Counted from the stretch's first letter, positions 9,395 to 20,407 are shown. The stretch: DNA of 64,000 nt from Clostridia bacterium (GCA_050950825.1 JBMNIH010000004.1:64001-128000); one strand, 5' to 3'. The notes: a model not told the origin generated them from the letters alone. Translations and numbers: made by a program.

Positions 9395-12300
9395 ATGAAA
9401 ATACATAAGAGGATTATCGGTATTGTTCTTTCCCTGTTGTTTCTTTTAAACGGTCTGCCTGTACCGGTCATGGACTTGGATATGTCGCCGTCTGTCTTTG
9501 CCGAGGGCGTTTTGCCCGGCGTAGCCATCCGTTTTGATGATTTTTCGGATACGGAAGGCCTGCAATTAAACGGCGAATCGATTATCTATAATAATGCCAT
9601 CCGGTTTGAAAACGACGGTCTTGAAGGCAAGAGCGTTTTTACAAAAGAAAAAATCGCCTTGGATGAGAATCTTTCCTTCAGTACAGCCTTCTCCTTTCGA
9701 AATATTTCTCCTGCAACGGCTGAAGACGGAACCCGAGGCGGTTTTTCTTTTACGCTGCAGCCTATCGACAACACCAAAACCGCAACGGGATTTTACGATG
9801 AAAGCGTATCCCCGAGCTTATGCATTGCCTTTGTTTTTAATTACACGGATTCCGGAGAAATCATAGCAAAGGTTGCACGAGCATCCGCGGCGGATCGCTG
9901 CTTCTTGGGCTATGTGATGTACGCAAACGGAACCTTCGATTGCGCCTTCGATGGAAGAGAGATAGGCGATGCCCGAGAGCCGATATCGGATCTTTATCAT
10001 GTATGGATCGGATACGACGGAGAAAACAAACGGCTCGAAATGATTTTCGAAGCTCCCTCGGGCGAGTACAACCATTACTACGCGGATATCGACCTTTCGG
10101 AAATGTTAACCGAAACAGAAGTTTATGCAGGCTTTTTAGGGTCCTTGGATTCCGCAGGGAATGCTTGCGAGATTACAAGCTGGCAATTTGCCAATGATTT
10201 AAATATTTGGGACGAAGCCGCCGTAGCGGCGGACGAATGGTATTTGGCCTATGACATGACAAGGTTCGATTACGGCCCTCTCGATTATTTCTCTCTTCTT
10301 GATTCGGGTGAATTCGGAAGTACATTTATTTGGCATTCGGACAATCCGGACGTATTTTCCGATGACGGAACCGTAAATCACCCTCTGCCGGGCGAGCCGG
10401 ACGCAAGGGTAGGCTTGACGGCATATATTGTGAAGGGCGCCTTTATGCGAACAAGGAGCTTTGAGATTTATGTGTCGCCATCGGGAATGGAGATTGTGAA
10501 AGCGGACTATGATTGGCTGACGGACCAAGTGATCCGCAATGAAAACACGTCCCTTGACCGGGTTGTCTCCGATTTGTACCTTCCTGTCGAGGGCTATTAC
10601 AAAAGCTCGATTTCTTGGGAATCCTCCGATCCTTCCGTTATCGATACGGACGGACGAGTGACAAGACCCGGCTATTCGGATACGGATAAGCTCGTCGTTC
10701 TGACCGCGTATTTCTTCAGAAACGGCTTTACCGACATTAAGGATTTCTATGTCACCGTCCGAGCAAAAGGTATGACGGATGAGGAACGGGTGGAGGAAGA
10801 CGAATTGTGGCTTACGGAGGCTCGTCTTTTAAGCGGTACCGGAAACGACTCCTTGGACCGAGTGACGGAGAACATCAACTTGCCTGAAGCCGGGCTTTAC
10901 GGAAGCGTCATTTCTTGGGAGTCATCGGATCCCTCCGTTATCGATACGAAAGGAAATGTAACACGCCCTTCGCTAGCTGCGGGAGATCGGCAGGTCCTTT
11001 TAACCGCCCTCATACAAAGCAACGATATCAAAACGACAAAGACCTTCACGGCCCGAGTGAAGGTACGAGACGAAGACATCCTTTCGGCGGACGATTTATG
11101 GCTGACGGAGGAATTGGTGTTAAACGGCAATCTCGGACCGGACCATGTGGTAACCGATTTGTATATGCCCGAAAAAGGGCCGAACGGAAGCACGATTCTT
11201 TGGACCTCCTTCAGCGAAAACACCGTTTCATTAACAGGAACGGTTACAAGACCCTTGCAAGGCGAAGGGAACAGGGAGGTTGTTCTCATTGCCGTTTTGG
11301 AAAGCGGAAAGGAAACGCCGATTTCTAAGACTTTCCGTTTTCTTGTTCGAGCCGTCGGTCTGTCCGATGCGGAAATTCTTAATGCCGACTATGCTTGGTT
11401 AACGGAGAATGTCATCAGAGGCGGCAATGAAGGCCTCGGGAAGGTTGTATCGAATTTGAACCTTCCGTCCTACGGATTGTCCGGAAGTCGAATCGTTTGG
11501 ACCTCCGACGATACGGACACGATCTACCTTTTCGGTACGGTTACAAGACCCGCCTTTAGCAAGGGGGACAAAGCCGTTACCCTTACCGCCACCTTAAGCG
11601 TTGACTATGAAGAACCGATTACAAAAACCTTCCTTGTTACCGTTAAAGCGAAAGACCAAACCCACGAAGAAAAAACGGAAGCGGATGCCGAATGGCTAAA
11701 ACCTTCCGTCATTTTAGGTCGTAATGCAAGTCTTGACCAAGTGACCGAGGATTTGGCTCTTCCCGTTACCGGCGCAGACGGAAGCGTTATTTCTTGGGAG
11801 TCTTCCGACTCCTCCGTTATCGACACATGGGGTAAGGTAACAAGGCCGGTTTTGCCGAAAGCCGATAAAACCGTTGTGCTGACGGCCGTTTTAACAAGCG
11901 GAGATGCAATAGCCACGGTGACCTTTACGGTAACCGTAAAGGCGCGTCCGAAAACGGACCAAGAAAAGCTGACGGAGGATTGGACCGGGTTAACGGAGGA
12001 CTTGATCTTAAATGAAAACACCGACCGGGATCATATAACGAAGGATCTGTTTCTTCCGACGGAAGGGGCAAACGGAAGCTCCATCGTCTGGGAATCCTCG
12101 GAGCCCGAGTTTGTAAACGAGGAAGGAGGGGTGAAAAGGCCTACCTATACCCAAAAAGACAAAGCCGTTATCCTGACCGCGACGGTAACGTGCGGAGACG
12201 AAGATCCTTTGGTAAAGCAATTTATCCTGGTCGTGAAGGCTTTGGAGCAGACACAAGAAGAAAAGGACATGGAAACGGTTCTTGCGGATTACGAATGGCT

Positions 12301-15300
12301 TTTAGGAAAGGAAAAAGACATTTTAAATCAAAACTTCTCCTTGAATACGGTAACGGGGGATTTGTACCTGCCTATAACGGGGGAAAAGGGATGCGAGATC
12401 CTCTGGTACTCCGATAACGAAGACATGATTTCCAATGAAGGAAAGGTGACAAGACCCCTGTGGACGGAAGGCGACAAGGAGGTTGTTCTGACGGCCGTTA
12501 TTCGAAAAGGCACCGCTTCGAAGGAAAAAACCTATACCGTGAAGGTATTGAAAAGGCCCTTTACGGACCGAGAGCTTGTTGAAATGGATTACAACCGGTT
12601 GACGGAAGAGATTATTAAAAACGGCAACCCTTCTTTGGATCATGTGACGAATTCCTTGTACTTTCCGAGCCAAGGTCCCGATCGATCCGGGCATCCAAGA
12701 AGCCGAATTTATTGGAAATCAAGCCATCACGGCTTTGTCGCCCTTGACGGCACGGTGCAAAGACCTAAATTTTATGCCCCCCAGGATCCCGTTATTACGT
12801 TAACGGCTACCGTAACCTACGGCACCGTATCCATGACCAAAACCTTTGTCGTTACCGTCATGAGAGAGGAATACAACGACAAGGATGCGATCGAGGAAGC
12901 GGTAAAATGGCTTTCCGGCTACCGAACCCTAGGGGACAACCCGTCGGCTTACGCGGTATCGAAGGACCTTTCTTGGCCGGTATCCGGCCCTCACGATACC
13001 GTCATTACCTGGCATTCGGACAGAACCGACCTTATAACCGACGAAGGAAAGGTCACTTACGCTCCTTACGAAAGCGGAAACCAAGAGGTTTCCGTTACGG
13101 CAACGGTGACGAAGGGATCGGAAAGCGCCGTCCTTAACTTTCAATATGTTGTGCTGCGATATCCCGACAACGGTCCTCCATATGCCGTATACTCTGTGCC
13201 GAAAAACGGTACGGAGATTCCTTGGGATACCTATTCCATAACCGTTGTCTACAGCGAGGGGATTCGCCTTGCAACGGACCACGGAATCATATGCCTGCAA
13301 GGATCCGCGGAGGTTCCGATTCACGTCGGCACATACGACGAAAGGCTGGTAATAAGGCCGGTTTCCGTTTTTCCTGCAGGAGATATCCGAATTGTCATAC
13401 CCCAAGGTGCCGTAATCGACTCCATCGGTCTTAAGGCCCAAGCTTACGAATTGAATTTTACCGTGGGAGAAAGGCCGAAGAAGGATGTGACGGTAGCGTA
13501 CGCGTATCCTCAAAACGGCCAAAGGGACGTCGACCCTCTTTTGCGTACCCTAACGATTCGATTTAATTCCGACGACCTTGAAAAAGGGGAGAATTTCGAA
13601 TCGAAGGTTTCCCTGACCTGCGAAAACAGGAGCATTCCGATCACCTATACCTTAACGGGAGATACGGTGACGATATCCTTAGCCGATTATGCCATCTTAC
13701 GCTCCGAAAAGGTCCATCGGTTAACAGTCTCCGAAGGGGCGGTGAAGAACGGCTTTGGAAACCAAAACAAAAAAATTACCGTTGAATTTGTAACAAAAGA
13801 CGTGACCATGCCGAACATCGTTCCGGAGATTATCGGTATCTATCCTTCGGACGGACAAGCCGGGGTGAGCGTAAAGCCCAGTATCGAGGTTGTCTATGAA
13901 AAGCAGCCGGATACGGAAGGATTTGTGTTTACCCTTACCGATTCCACGGGAAAAGAGGTTCCTCTTTATACACCTTATGAATTGGATACGGGTATTTACA
14001 CAAAGCTCATATTCATTCCCAAAGAAACCCTGAAGCCCAATACCGAATATGTTTTTTCCGGCCCCGGAATTCTTCTTGGCAAATCTTCAACGGAAAGATT
14101 CGGCATAAGGTTCACCGTCGGTTCCGGGCCCCGCGTCGTAAGAACAACGCCTGCCGCCGGGGATTTCAATGCCCCTGTACACGGCATCGTGGAAATACAA
14201 TTCGATGAACCGGTGACTGCCGCGGAACGCTTTGAAGACATTCGTTTTCTTGATTTTGCCGACGATCCCGTTGAATTTACCGTAGAGGTAAAAGGAAACA
14301 AGGCGATTTTAAGGACCGAAGAGGAATTGGGCTTGCAATTGCCCTACAGCGTGGTTATCCCTGACGGGGCGTTTCGAAACGCAAACGGAGCGCCCAATAC
14401 CGGGCACAAGATAACTTTTTATACGTCCTTGGATAGGCTTCCCTTTGACCCGGAGCCCTCCTATTTGGACATTCCCGATACGGGAATTACGGGAAAAAGC
14501 GTGAAGCTAAGCAGCGATACCATTAATATGAAGGCTTGGATCAATTATGCCCGTATGATGGACTACGGCGGCTTTATCCATGAATGGTATGTCGACGGCG
14601 AATATCTGGGCTCCGGCCAAATCAAGTATCGTACGTTTTCAAGCCCCGGGGAACACGAGATCACCTATGTCGTCAAGGATAAGTACGGGTTCACCTACAG
14701 TACGAGCAAAACCATCGAGATTGAGGATTTGCAGGGCGTACAATTGAGGCTGAAGGATTCGGGTGCCCCTTGGCGGCTGGATTTGACGGAGGAAAACGCT
14801 TCCTCGCAGGAATTGAAGTTTGAGCTTTTGCTGGAAAAGAACAACCTCTTTATTTACGGCGAAAGAATCCGGGTAAGGCTGTACCGGGACGGCGTACTGT
14901 GTCCTTTAAGCGGATACGGAGACGGGAGTATTTCCATTACGGCGGATTACGACGATACCGTCTATACCTATGTCTTTAGACCGGAGTACGGGGACGATTC
15001 GACTTTCGAGGCGGTGTTCACCTACGAAGGCCCCGACGGTCCGCAAGAGGTACGGCAGTCCTTCCTTGTGACCTCCAAGGAGCCTTCGGTAACGGATGTT
15101 TTCCGCTTCCGATTGTATAACAGCTATATAGGAGAATATTACGAGGAACCGAATTATGTGTACATAACCATGAACGGCAAGCAGATGAAGGCGGACAAGG
15201 AAACGTACACCTACGGCGATTCCACGTTCTTTGTTTATGTCGTTCGCGAGACATTAAAAACCAATGCTTATTACGAAGTGAAAATTGATAAATGGCATTG

Positions 15301-18300
15301 GAACAAAAACTACGCTCCCTTTTACCTTGGAAAGGACACGGATATCCCCTCCGTATTTACCGGTATGCCCTACCATCCCGGCTTGGGCGTGCGCATTGTC
15401 GGCATTGATTACAATACGACGGAATCGGATCTGGATGAATACTACATCAATATGTACTTTAAAGGCCTTCCGACAAAATTGATATTCAATGTTGCGTCCG
15501 ATTGGGGAGGTTACGATCCGGGCTATTACGAAATCGCCCTTGTGGAATGGGGTGACAAGGAAACATTAAGCGAAAGCGATTTTCGAGTCATTCAAATCCA
15601 TACTCATGACAGTACGCGGGAGGTCCAGAAAATCACGGTCCAACCGGGTCTTCAAATGGTAACCGGCAACGAGCAATATTGGATTCGAATGGTTTCCCCC
15701 GAAGGCGAAAAATCCCGTTGGGAAGTATGCCCGGGCGTATCGATGGTACCGGTGCCGAGCGCCTTGGGAAAGAAAATCAAGATATCCATTGTTGACAGGC
15801 AGTATGCGGTGGAGTGGCCGACCGTTTTTGACGGTCCGGTAGGCGATGTGATCAAAGCCTTTGACGACATCCCCTTATTGGAGGGAGGATACTTCGGCTT
15901 AGGCGGCGGTATGCCGAGCTTTGAAGGCTATCCCTATTATAGCGGAGGCATAAATCTTAACTTTGAAACCCGGTTCGGTTACGTCTCGAGCACCAAAATC
16001 AAAACGGACACGAAAATAAAAAAGGTTAAAAAGATTACCGTTGTGGGCTACGAATTCCAAATCGAATTGGAAGGCGGAATGTTTATCAAATACGAATGGG
16101 ATACCGAAAAGTGGAATATCGAGCATTTATATATTGAATTTGATACAAGCTTTGTGAAGAAATGGAATAAGGGCTTTGACCTTTTTGTTGCGGAGATTAC
16201 CGCCGGCGTATACGTTGGAGCCGGCGTCTACGGCTACATTGAATTACGAGATGAAAACGGCCAATACGTATACAAGGGCCTTGTAAGGCTTTACCCGAAT
16301 GCCGGGTTTACCGTAGACGGAAAGTTCGGTCCGTACAAGGTCAAGGGCAATTTGCATGCCGTTTTGCCGGCGGAATTCCATTTTCCTACCGGATACATCG
16401 GTGTCGACTTTACCGTCAATGCGAAAATTACCGGAAAAACATTGCTTTGGAGCGGAACCATATACGAAAAAAATCTGTACAGCGTTCATTGGGATAACGG
16501 AAAAGCAAAGTCCGTCTTGAATATGGCCATGAACACCGCCGAAGAAAAGGCGCTTTACAACAATACGGAATTTACCCTTTTGCCGCGAGATTATTTGGAA
16601 AGACAATCCCGTTGGCTTGGGGCGGATGACGGTTCCTCCGTCATGAAGGCGGCTCTTTTCGGATCCGCCGCCAAAGAAAATCCGGCCGTGTCCTCCTTAA
16701 TGGAAAACATCTATCCGGAAGCGGAGCTTGCCTTTGCCGAAAACGAAGACAAACGGTATTTGGTATGGGTCGACGACAATCCCGTAAGGGATGCGCTAAA
16801 CCGTACGCAGCTTCGCCTATCGGTGCAAAAGGACGGAGTGTGGAGCGAGCCCGTCTTTGCTTTCGATGACGGGTCCGCCGATTTTTCTCCCGTTATGGCG
16901 GCGACGGAGGACGGGGTTTTGATGGCATGGCATAACATCGCCTACGGCATATCCGAAGCGGAAGGGCTTGAAGAAATGCTGAAGGCTTCCGAAATCGCCG
17001 TCACCCAAGATGTGTATAGGGCGGGAGGCGATATTCCTGCTTTCGTCAACCTGACCGACGACGAGAAGCTTGATCACTCGCCTATGCTGGTATCCGACGG
17101 CCGAAAAGCTCTATTGGTATGGACCAAGTCGGAGGATGCAAGCCTTGATACCGAGGAAAAGGCTCCGGAAGATCGACTCTACTTTGCCGTTTGGAGCAAC
17201 GGCGTATGGAGCGAAGCGCAAGCCCTTGACGACGAATACGGAACGATCCTCGATACTCATTTGGTGATGGCGGGAGAAGAGGCCTTGCTCCTTTATACCT
17301 CGGACCTTGATCACGATTACGCAACCGCTTCCGACAGGGAAATTTACGCCGTCGTATTCGACGGAGAAGCCCGGAGCGAAAAGATACGGCTGACTCGAAA
17401 CGACGTCAGCGATTATGCCGCAAAGGCCGTGTTTACGGAAGGCGAATGGTTCATCACGTGGCTTTCCGAAGGAAGGCTGTATTACCGCATCGGATTGGAC
17501 GGAGAACCCGTGGAAGCGTCGCGGCAAGATCTTATCCAAGGCGACTATCAATTAACGGTAAAAGAAGACGAAAGGCCCTTGATCGCTCTTGTTTACACCC
17601 AAGGCGGGGAAGATTTGGCTCTCAATCTTTACGTATCCTTCTACGATTGGAATCGCCGCCTGTGGAGCGATAAAAAAGCTCTTGCAACCTCCGATGCCTA
17701 TACGAACGCTTTTCGTACCGTCTTTTCAAAGGACGGAAGGCTCTACGTTGTATTTACCGAATCGGAGGTTATCACCGAAGCCAAGCTTCGTACTGTAGAC
17801 GGGAAGGAGGAATGGATCGATGAGAAAAACATCAGCGATAAAACGGATTTACGATTGGCGGAATATACTCCTTTTCACGATGTAGCCTTATCGAAGGAAG
17901 AGGGAATGCTTTTGTCCGTTCCTTATCCCTTGGCGAAAACGAATACCGTCGTTTATGTAACCGTACAAAACGAGGGAGACTTTGCGGAATATGTCACCGT
18001 CAGCTTATACGACGGGGATCCGGAAAAAGGAGGAGCAAAGCTTTCCGAAACCGCGCCTTATCTTCTGCCCGCCCATACCGCCCGTGAAGCGGAAATCGAA
18101 TGGCCGGTAGGAGCGGAGCAAAAGACGGAATACCGGCTGTATGCCGTTGTTCGGACGATTGACGGCGCCGAAGAGACGGATTTTGATAATAACGGGATTA
18201 TCATGGATATCGCCGCTTCGGATATTGCCATTACGTATGTTTCTTGTGAAAACCCGGCGGCGGACGATTACCTGATCGAGGTTACCGTAGCCAACTTGGG

Positions 18301-20386
18301 AAGCACCGTTTTGGACGGAGCGAGGGTTTGGCTCGAAGACGAATTCGGCGGAATCATCGGGGAACCCGCAGCCATAAAAACATTGGAGGTCGGAGAAAAA
18401 TCGATCCTCACCTACATGATCCAAGGGAGGGGCTTTTCGAGCTTAAAGGCCGTGGCTTCGCTTCCTGAGGATTGGAAGGAAGAGGATACGGACAACAACA
18501 TACGGGAATTTACATTGGAGCCTGCGGAAATCATGCTAAAAAGCATGAATATCGTACCCGGTGAGGAGCAGGTGGATACAAAGAGCTCCGTGATACTTAC
18601 CTTTAATAGAAGTATTGAAAAGGGAAGCGGTTTTGACAATATCCTGCTTTTGGATGATACCTTCAATGCGGTAGATATCGAATGTACGATTGACAACAAC
18701 ATTTTAACCGTAAAACCGAAGCAAGAGCTAAATTACGGAGCTCGGTACCGGTTAACGATTCCGGCCGACGCCATAGGGGATGCATACGGTCGTGCTTTAC
18801 GGCAACCGATCCGCATTGAGTTTACGACGATGACAAAAAATCCCGAGATCATATCGGCTTACCCCGCCTATCGGATGGAGCAAGTGGCAACGAATGCAAA
18901 AATCCGCTTACGATACAACCAAGAAATCGTGAAGGGACACGATTTTTCGGCGATCCTTTTAACAGAGCTTGTTGACGATGAAGACGGGAAGACGGTTTCG
19001 ATCCGAGCCTTTACGGAAGGGGATATGCTGACGATTCAACCTGTCGGAAGCCTTAGCAAAAATACCCCTTATCGATTGGAGATACCTCGCGGTGCGGTGG
19101 AAAACGACCAAGGCGATACGCAAAAAGAAGATTTTTATCTGGTATTTATGACAGGCGAAAGCGAACAGGAGCCCGAAGATGAGGAAGAACAGGAGGAAGA
19201 GGAAGAAGAATCCGTCACATACCCGCCCTCCTACTACGGCCGTATCACGGTCGGCGGTACGACAAGGATCGTGGAGATTCGCATAACGAACGGAAAAGCC
19301 GTTGTGGAACCGAAGGATCTTGCGGACGACCAAAAGGTCGAAATAACTATTCCGCCGATACCGGGTGTTCGTTCCTATGAGCTGAATATACCGGTTGAAG
19401 CCTTGTCCGGAACGGGGAACGGATCCGTTACCCTAAATACTCCCTACGGTAGCCTCACGATTCCTTCGGGAATGCTGTCTCATATGAAGAATACGGACGG
19501 AAAAACCGTAACAATATCGATTTCCCAAGGCGACCCGGCAACGCTTCCGGACGGCGTGAAGGCGGCTGTCGGGAACCGGCCGATTCTTACGCTTTCGTTG
19601 TCAATCGACGGTGTTCCCGTTGATTGGAACAATCCGGATGCTCCCGTAGAGGTGTCGATACCTTACGTCTTAACGGCGGAAGAAGAAAAGAATCCGGAAA
19701 GCATTACGGTTTGGTATATCGATGAAAAAGGAAATATCGAAATTATCATCAACGGTTCTTACGATTCCGTAACGGGCACCGTTTGCTTTATTACGACACA
19801 CTTCAGCCGTTTTGCCGTAGCCTTTAACCCCGTATCCATTAAAGACGTACAGGATACGGTTTGGTACGGTCCCGCCGTAAGGTTTATCGCGGCAAGAAAA
19901 ATTACCGACGGTATCGGGAACGGCTATTTCGGGCCCTCCGGCGTCCTTACGCGAGCGCAAGGATTAACCTTGATTATGCGTGCCTTCGGCATCGAGCCGG
20001 ATGCGGATAGCAAGGACAACTTCAAGGATGCGGGAGATACTTGGTATACCGGCTACTTGGCGGCTGCTAAACGTTTGGGTATCGCCCAAGGAACGGGCAA
20101 CAACCTGTTTGCACCGGAAAAAGCGATTACCCGCCAAGAGATGTTTACGCTGCTGTATCATGCGTTGAATCGGATCGGGCGGCTTCCGAACGAACAAGAA
20201 AAACCGGATAGGAAGCTTTCCGACTTTACGGATGCGGATCAAATCGATGCATGGGCGAATAAGGCCATGACCCTTTTCGTTGAAACGGGCATTGTCAACG
20301 GATACGAAGACTTTTTGCTGATGCCGAAAAAGACAATGACAAGAGCGGAAATGGCGCAGGTCTTGTATCGATTGATGATTCGATAG
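9395..20386 (+). CDS. Giant cell-surface protein (3663 aa): signal peptide, L-type lectin-like domain, 10 tandem Ig-like repeats, Big_5/SbsA-type Ig domains, PKD-like domain, beta-rich domain, beta-propeller-like region, CARDB-like domains, C-terminal SLH domains
   Basis: Signal ..VFA/EG. Lectin motifs SFSTAFSF, YHVWIGYDG, VYAGF, ITSWQF. Repeats GS.I.W.S......G.VTRP. SLH motifs FGPSGVLTRAQ, FAPEKAITRQE, PKKTMTRAE. Confidence 0.9.
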   Translation: MKIHKRIIGIVLSLLFLLNGLPVPVMDLDMSPSVFAEGVLPGVAIRFDDFSDTEGLQLNGESIIYNNAIRFENDGLEGKSVFTKEKIALDENLSFSTAFSFRNISPATAEDGTRGGFSFTLQPIDNTKTATGFYDESVSPSLCIAFVFNYTDSGEIIAKVARASAADRCFLGYVMYANGTFDCAFDGREIGDAREPISDLYHVWIGYDGENKRLEMIFEAPSGEYNHYYADIDLSEMLTETEVYAGFLGSLDSAGNACEITSWQFANDLNIWDEAAVAADEWYLAYDMTRFDYGPLDYFSLLDSGEFGSTFIWHSDNPDVFSDDGTVNHPLPGEPDARVGLTAYIVKGAFMRTRSFEIYVSPSGMEIVKADYDWLTDQVIRNENTSLDRVVSDLYLPVEGYYKSSISWESSDPSVIDTDGRVTRPGYSDTDKLVVLTAYFFRNGFTDIKDFYVTVRAKGMTDEERVEEDELWLTEARLLSGTGNDSLDRVTENINLPEAGLYGSVISWESSDPSVIDTKGNVTRPSLAAGDRQVLLTALIQSNDIKTTKTFTARVKVRDEDILSADDLWLTEELVLNGNLGPDHVVTDLYMPEKGPNGSTILWTSFSENTVSLTGTVTRPLQGEGNREVVLIAVLESGKETPISKTFRFLVRAVGLSDAEILNADYAWLTENVIRGGNEGLGKVVSNLNLPSYGLSGSRIVWTSDDTDTIYLFGTVTRPAFSKGDKAVTLTATLSVDYEEPITKTFLVTVKAKDQTHEEKTEADAEWLKPSVILGRNASLDQVTEDLALPVTGADGSVISWESSDSSVIDTWGKVTRPVLPKADKTVVLTAVLTSGDAIATVTFTVTVKARPKTDQEKLTEDWTGLTEDLILNENTDRDHITKDLFLPTEGANGSSIVWESSEPEFVNEEGGVKRPTYTQKDKAVILTATVTCGDEDPLVKQFILVVKALEQTQEEKDMETVLADYEWLLGKEKDILNQNFSLNTVTGDLYLPITGEKGCEILWYSDNEDMISNEGKVTRPLWTEGDKEVVLTAVIRKGTASKEKTYTVKVLKRPFTDRELVEMDYNRLTEEIIKNGNPSLDHVTNSLYFPSQGPDRSGHPRSRIYWKSSHHGFVALDGTVQRPKFYAPQDPVITLTATVTYGTVSMTKTFVVTVMREEYNDKDAIEEAVKWLSGYRTLGDNPSAYAVSKDLSWPVSGPHDTVITWHSDRTDLITDEGKVTYAPYESGNQEVSVTATVTKGSESAVLNFQYVVLRYPDNGPPYAVYSVPKNGTEIPWDTYSITVVYSEGIRLATDHGIICLQGSAEVPIHVGTYDERLVIRPVSVFPAGDIRIVIPQGAVIDSIGLKAQAYELNFTVGERPKKDVTVAYAYPQNGQRDVDPLLRTLTIRFNSDDLEKGENFESKVSLTCENRSIPITYTLTGDTVTISLADYAILRSEKVHRLTVSEGAVKNGFGNQNKKITVEFVTKDVTMPNIVPEIIGIYPSDGQAGVSVKPSIEVVYEKQPDTEGFVFTLTDSTGKEVPLYTPYELDTGIYTKLIFIPKETLKPNTEYVFSGPGILLGKSSTERFGIRFTVGSGPRVVRTTPAAGDFNAPVHGIVEIQFDEPVTAAERFEDIRFLDFADDPVEFTVEVKGNKAILRTEEELGLQLPYSVVIPDGAFRNANGAPNTGHKITFYTSLDRLPFDPEPSYLDIPDTGITGKSVKLSSDTINMKAWINYARMMDYGGFIHEWYVDGEYLGSGQIKYRTFSSPGEHEITYVVKDKYGFTYSTSKTIEIEDLQGVQLRLKDSGAPWRLDLTEENASSQELKFELLLEKNNLFIYGERIRVRLYRDGVLCPLSGYGDGSISITADYDDTVYTYVFRPEYGDDSTFEAVFTYEGPDGPQEVRQSFLVTSKEPSVTDVFRFRLYNSYIGEYYEEPNYVYITMNGKQMKADKETYTYGDSTFFVYVVRETLKTNAYYEVKIDKWHWNKNYAPFYLGKDTDIPSVFTGMPYHPGLGVRIVGIDYNTTESDLDEYYINMYFKGLPTKLIFNVASDWGGYDPGYYEIALVEWGDKETLSESDFRVIQIHTHDSTREVQKITVQPGLQMVTGNEQYWIRMVSPEGEKSRWEVCPGVSMVPVPSALGKKIKISIVDRQYAVEWPTVFDGPVGDVIKAFDDIPLLEGGYFGLGGGMPSFEGYPYYSGGINLNFETRFGYVSSTKIKTDTKIKKVKKITVVGYEFQIELEGGMFIKYEWDTEKWNIEHLYIEFDTSFVKKWNKGFDLFVAEITAGVYVGAGVYGYIELRDENGQYVYKGLVRLYPNAGFTVDGKFGPYKVKGNLHAVLPAEFHFPTGYIGVDFTVNAKITGKTLLWSGTIYEKNLYSVHWDNGKAKSVLNMAMNTAEEKALYNNTEFTLLPRDYLERQSRWLGADDGSSVMKAALFGSAAKENPAVSSLMENIYPEAELAFAENEDKRYLVWVDDNPVRDALNRTQLRLSVQKDGVWSEPVFAFDDGSADFSPVMAATEDGVLMAWHNIAYGISEAEGLEEMLKASEIAVTQDVYRAGGDIPAFVNLTDDEKLDHSPMLVSDGRKALLVWTKSEDASLDTEEKAPEDRLYFAVWSNGVWSEAQALDDEYGTILDTHLVMAGEEALLLYTSDLDHDYATASDREIYAVVFDGEARSEKIRLTRNDVSDYAAKAVFTEGEWFITWLSEGRLYYRIGLDGEPVEASRQDLIQGDYQLTVKEDERPLIALVYTQGGEDLALNLYVSFYDWNRRLWSDKKALATSDAYTNAFRTVFSKDGRLYVVFTESEVITEAKLRTVDGKEEWIDEKNISDKTDLRLAEYTPFHDVALSKEEGMLLSVPYPLAKTNTVVYVTVQNEGDFAEYVTVSLYDGDPEKGGAKLSETAPYLLPAHTAREAEIEWPVGAEQKTEYRLYAVVRTIDGAEETDFDNNGIIMDIAASDIAITYVSCENPAADDYLIEVTVANLGSTVLDGARVWLEDEFGGIIGEPAAIKTLEVGEKSILTYMIQGRGFSSLKAVASLPEDWKEEDTDNNIREFTLEPAEIMLKSMNIVPGEEQVDTKSSVILTFNRSIEKGSGFDNILLLDDTFNAVDIECTIDNNILTVKPKQELNYGARYRLTIPADAIGDAYGRALRQPIRIEFTTMTKNPEIISAYPAYRMEQVATNAKIRLRYNQEIVKGHDFSAILLTELVDDEDGKTVSIRAFTEGDMLTIQPVGSLSKNTPYRLEIPRGAVENDQGDTQKEDFYLVFMTGESEQEPEDEEEQEEEEEESVTYPPSYYGRITVGGTTRIVEIRITNGKAVVEPKDLADDQKVEITIPPIPGVRSYELNIPVEALSGTGNGSVTLNTPYGSLTIPSGMLSHMKNTDGKTVTISISQGDPATLPDGVKAAVGNRPILTLSLSIDGVPVDWNNPDAPVEVSIPYVLTAEEEKNPESITVWYIDEKGNIEIIINGSYDSVTGTVCFITTHFSRFAVAFNPVSIKDVQDTVWYGPAVRFIAARKITDGIGNGYFGPSGVLTRAQGLTLIMRAFGIEPDADSKDNFKDAGDTWYTGYLAAAKRLGIAQGTGNNLFAPEKAITRQEMFTLLYHALNRIGRLPNEQEKPDRKLSDFTDADQIDAWANKAMTLFVETGIVNGYEDFLLMPKKTMTRAEMAQVLYRLMIR
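10220..13160 (+). repeat. Ten intragenic tandem ~95-100 aa Ig-like repeats
   Basis: Recurrent D..WL..N..D.V..DL.LP..G..GS.I.W.S.......G.VTRP....D..V.LTA. Units at ~10610, ~10910 and ~11789 share near-identical DNA (atttcttggga.tc.tc.ga..c.tccgttatcga.ac). Confidence 0.85.
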
Positions 20387-20407
20387 ATAACATAAAGTAG
20401 ATTTTAT

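Noticed and set aside
19160-19212. GAR-rich low-complexity tract
   Set aside because: It simply encodes an acidic linker (EQEPEDEEEQEEEEEE).
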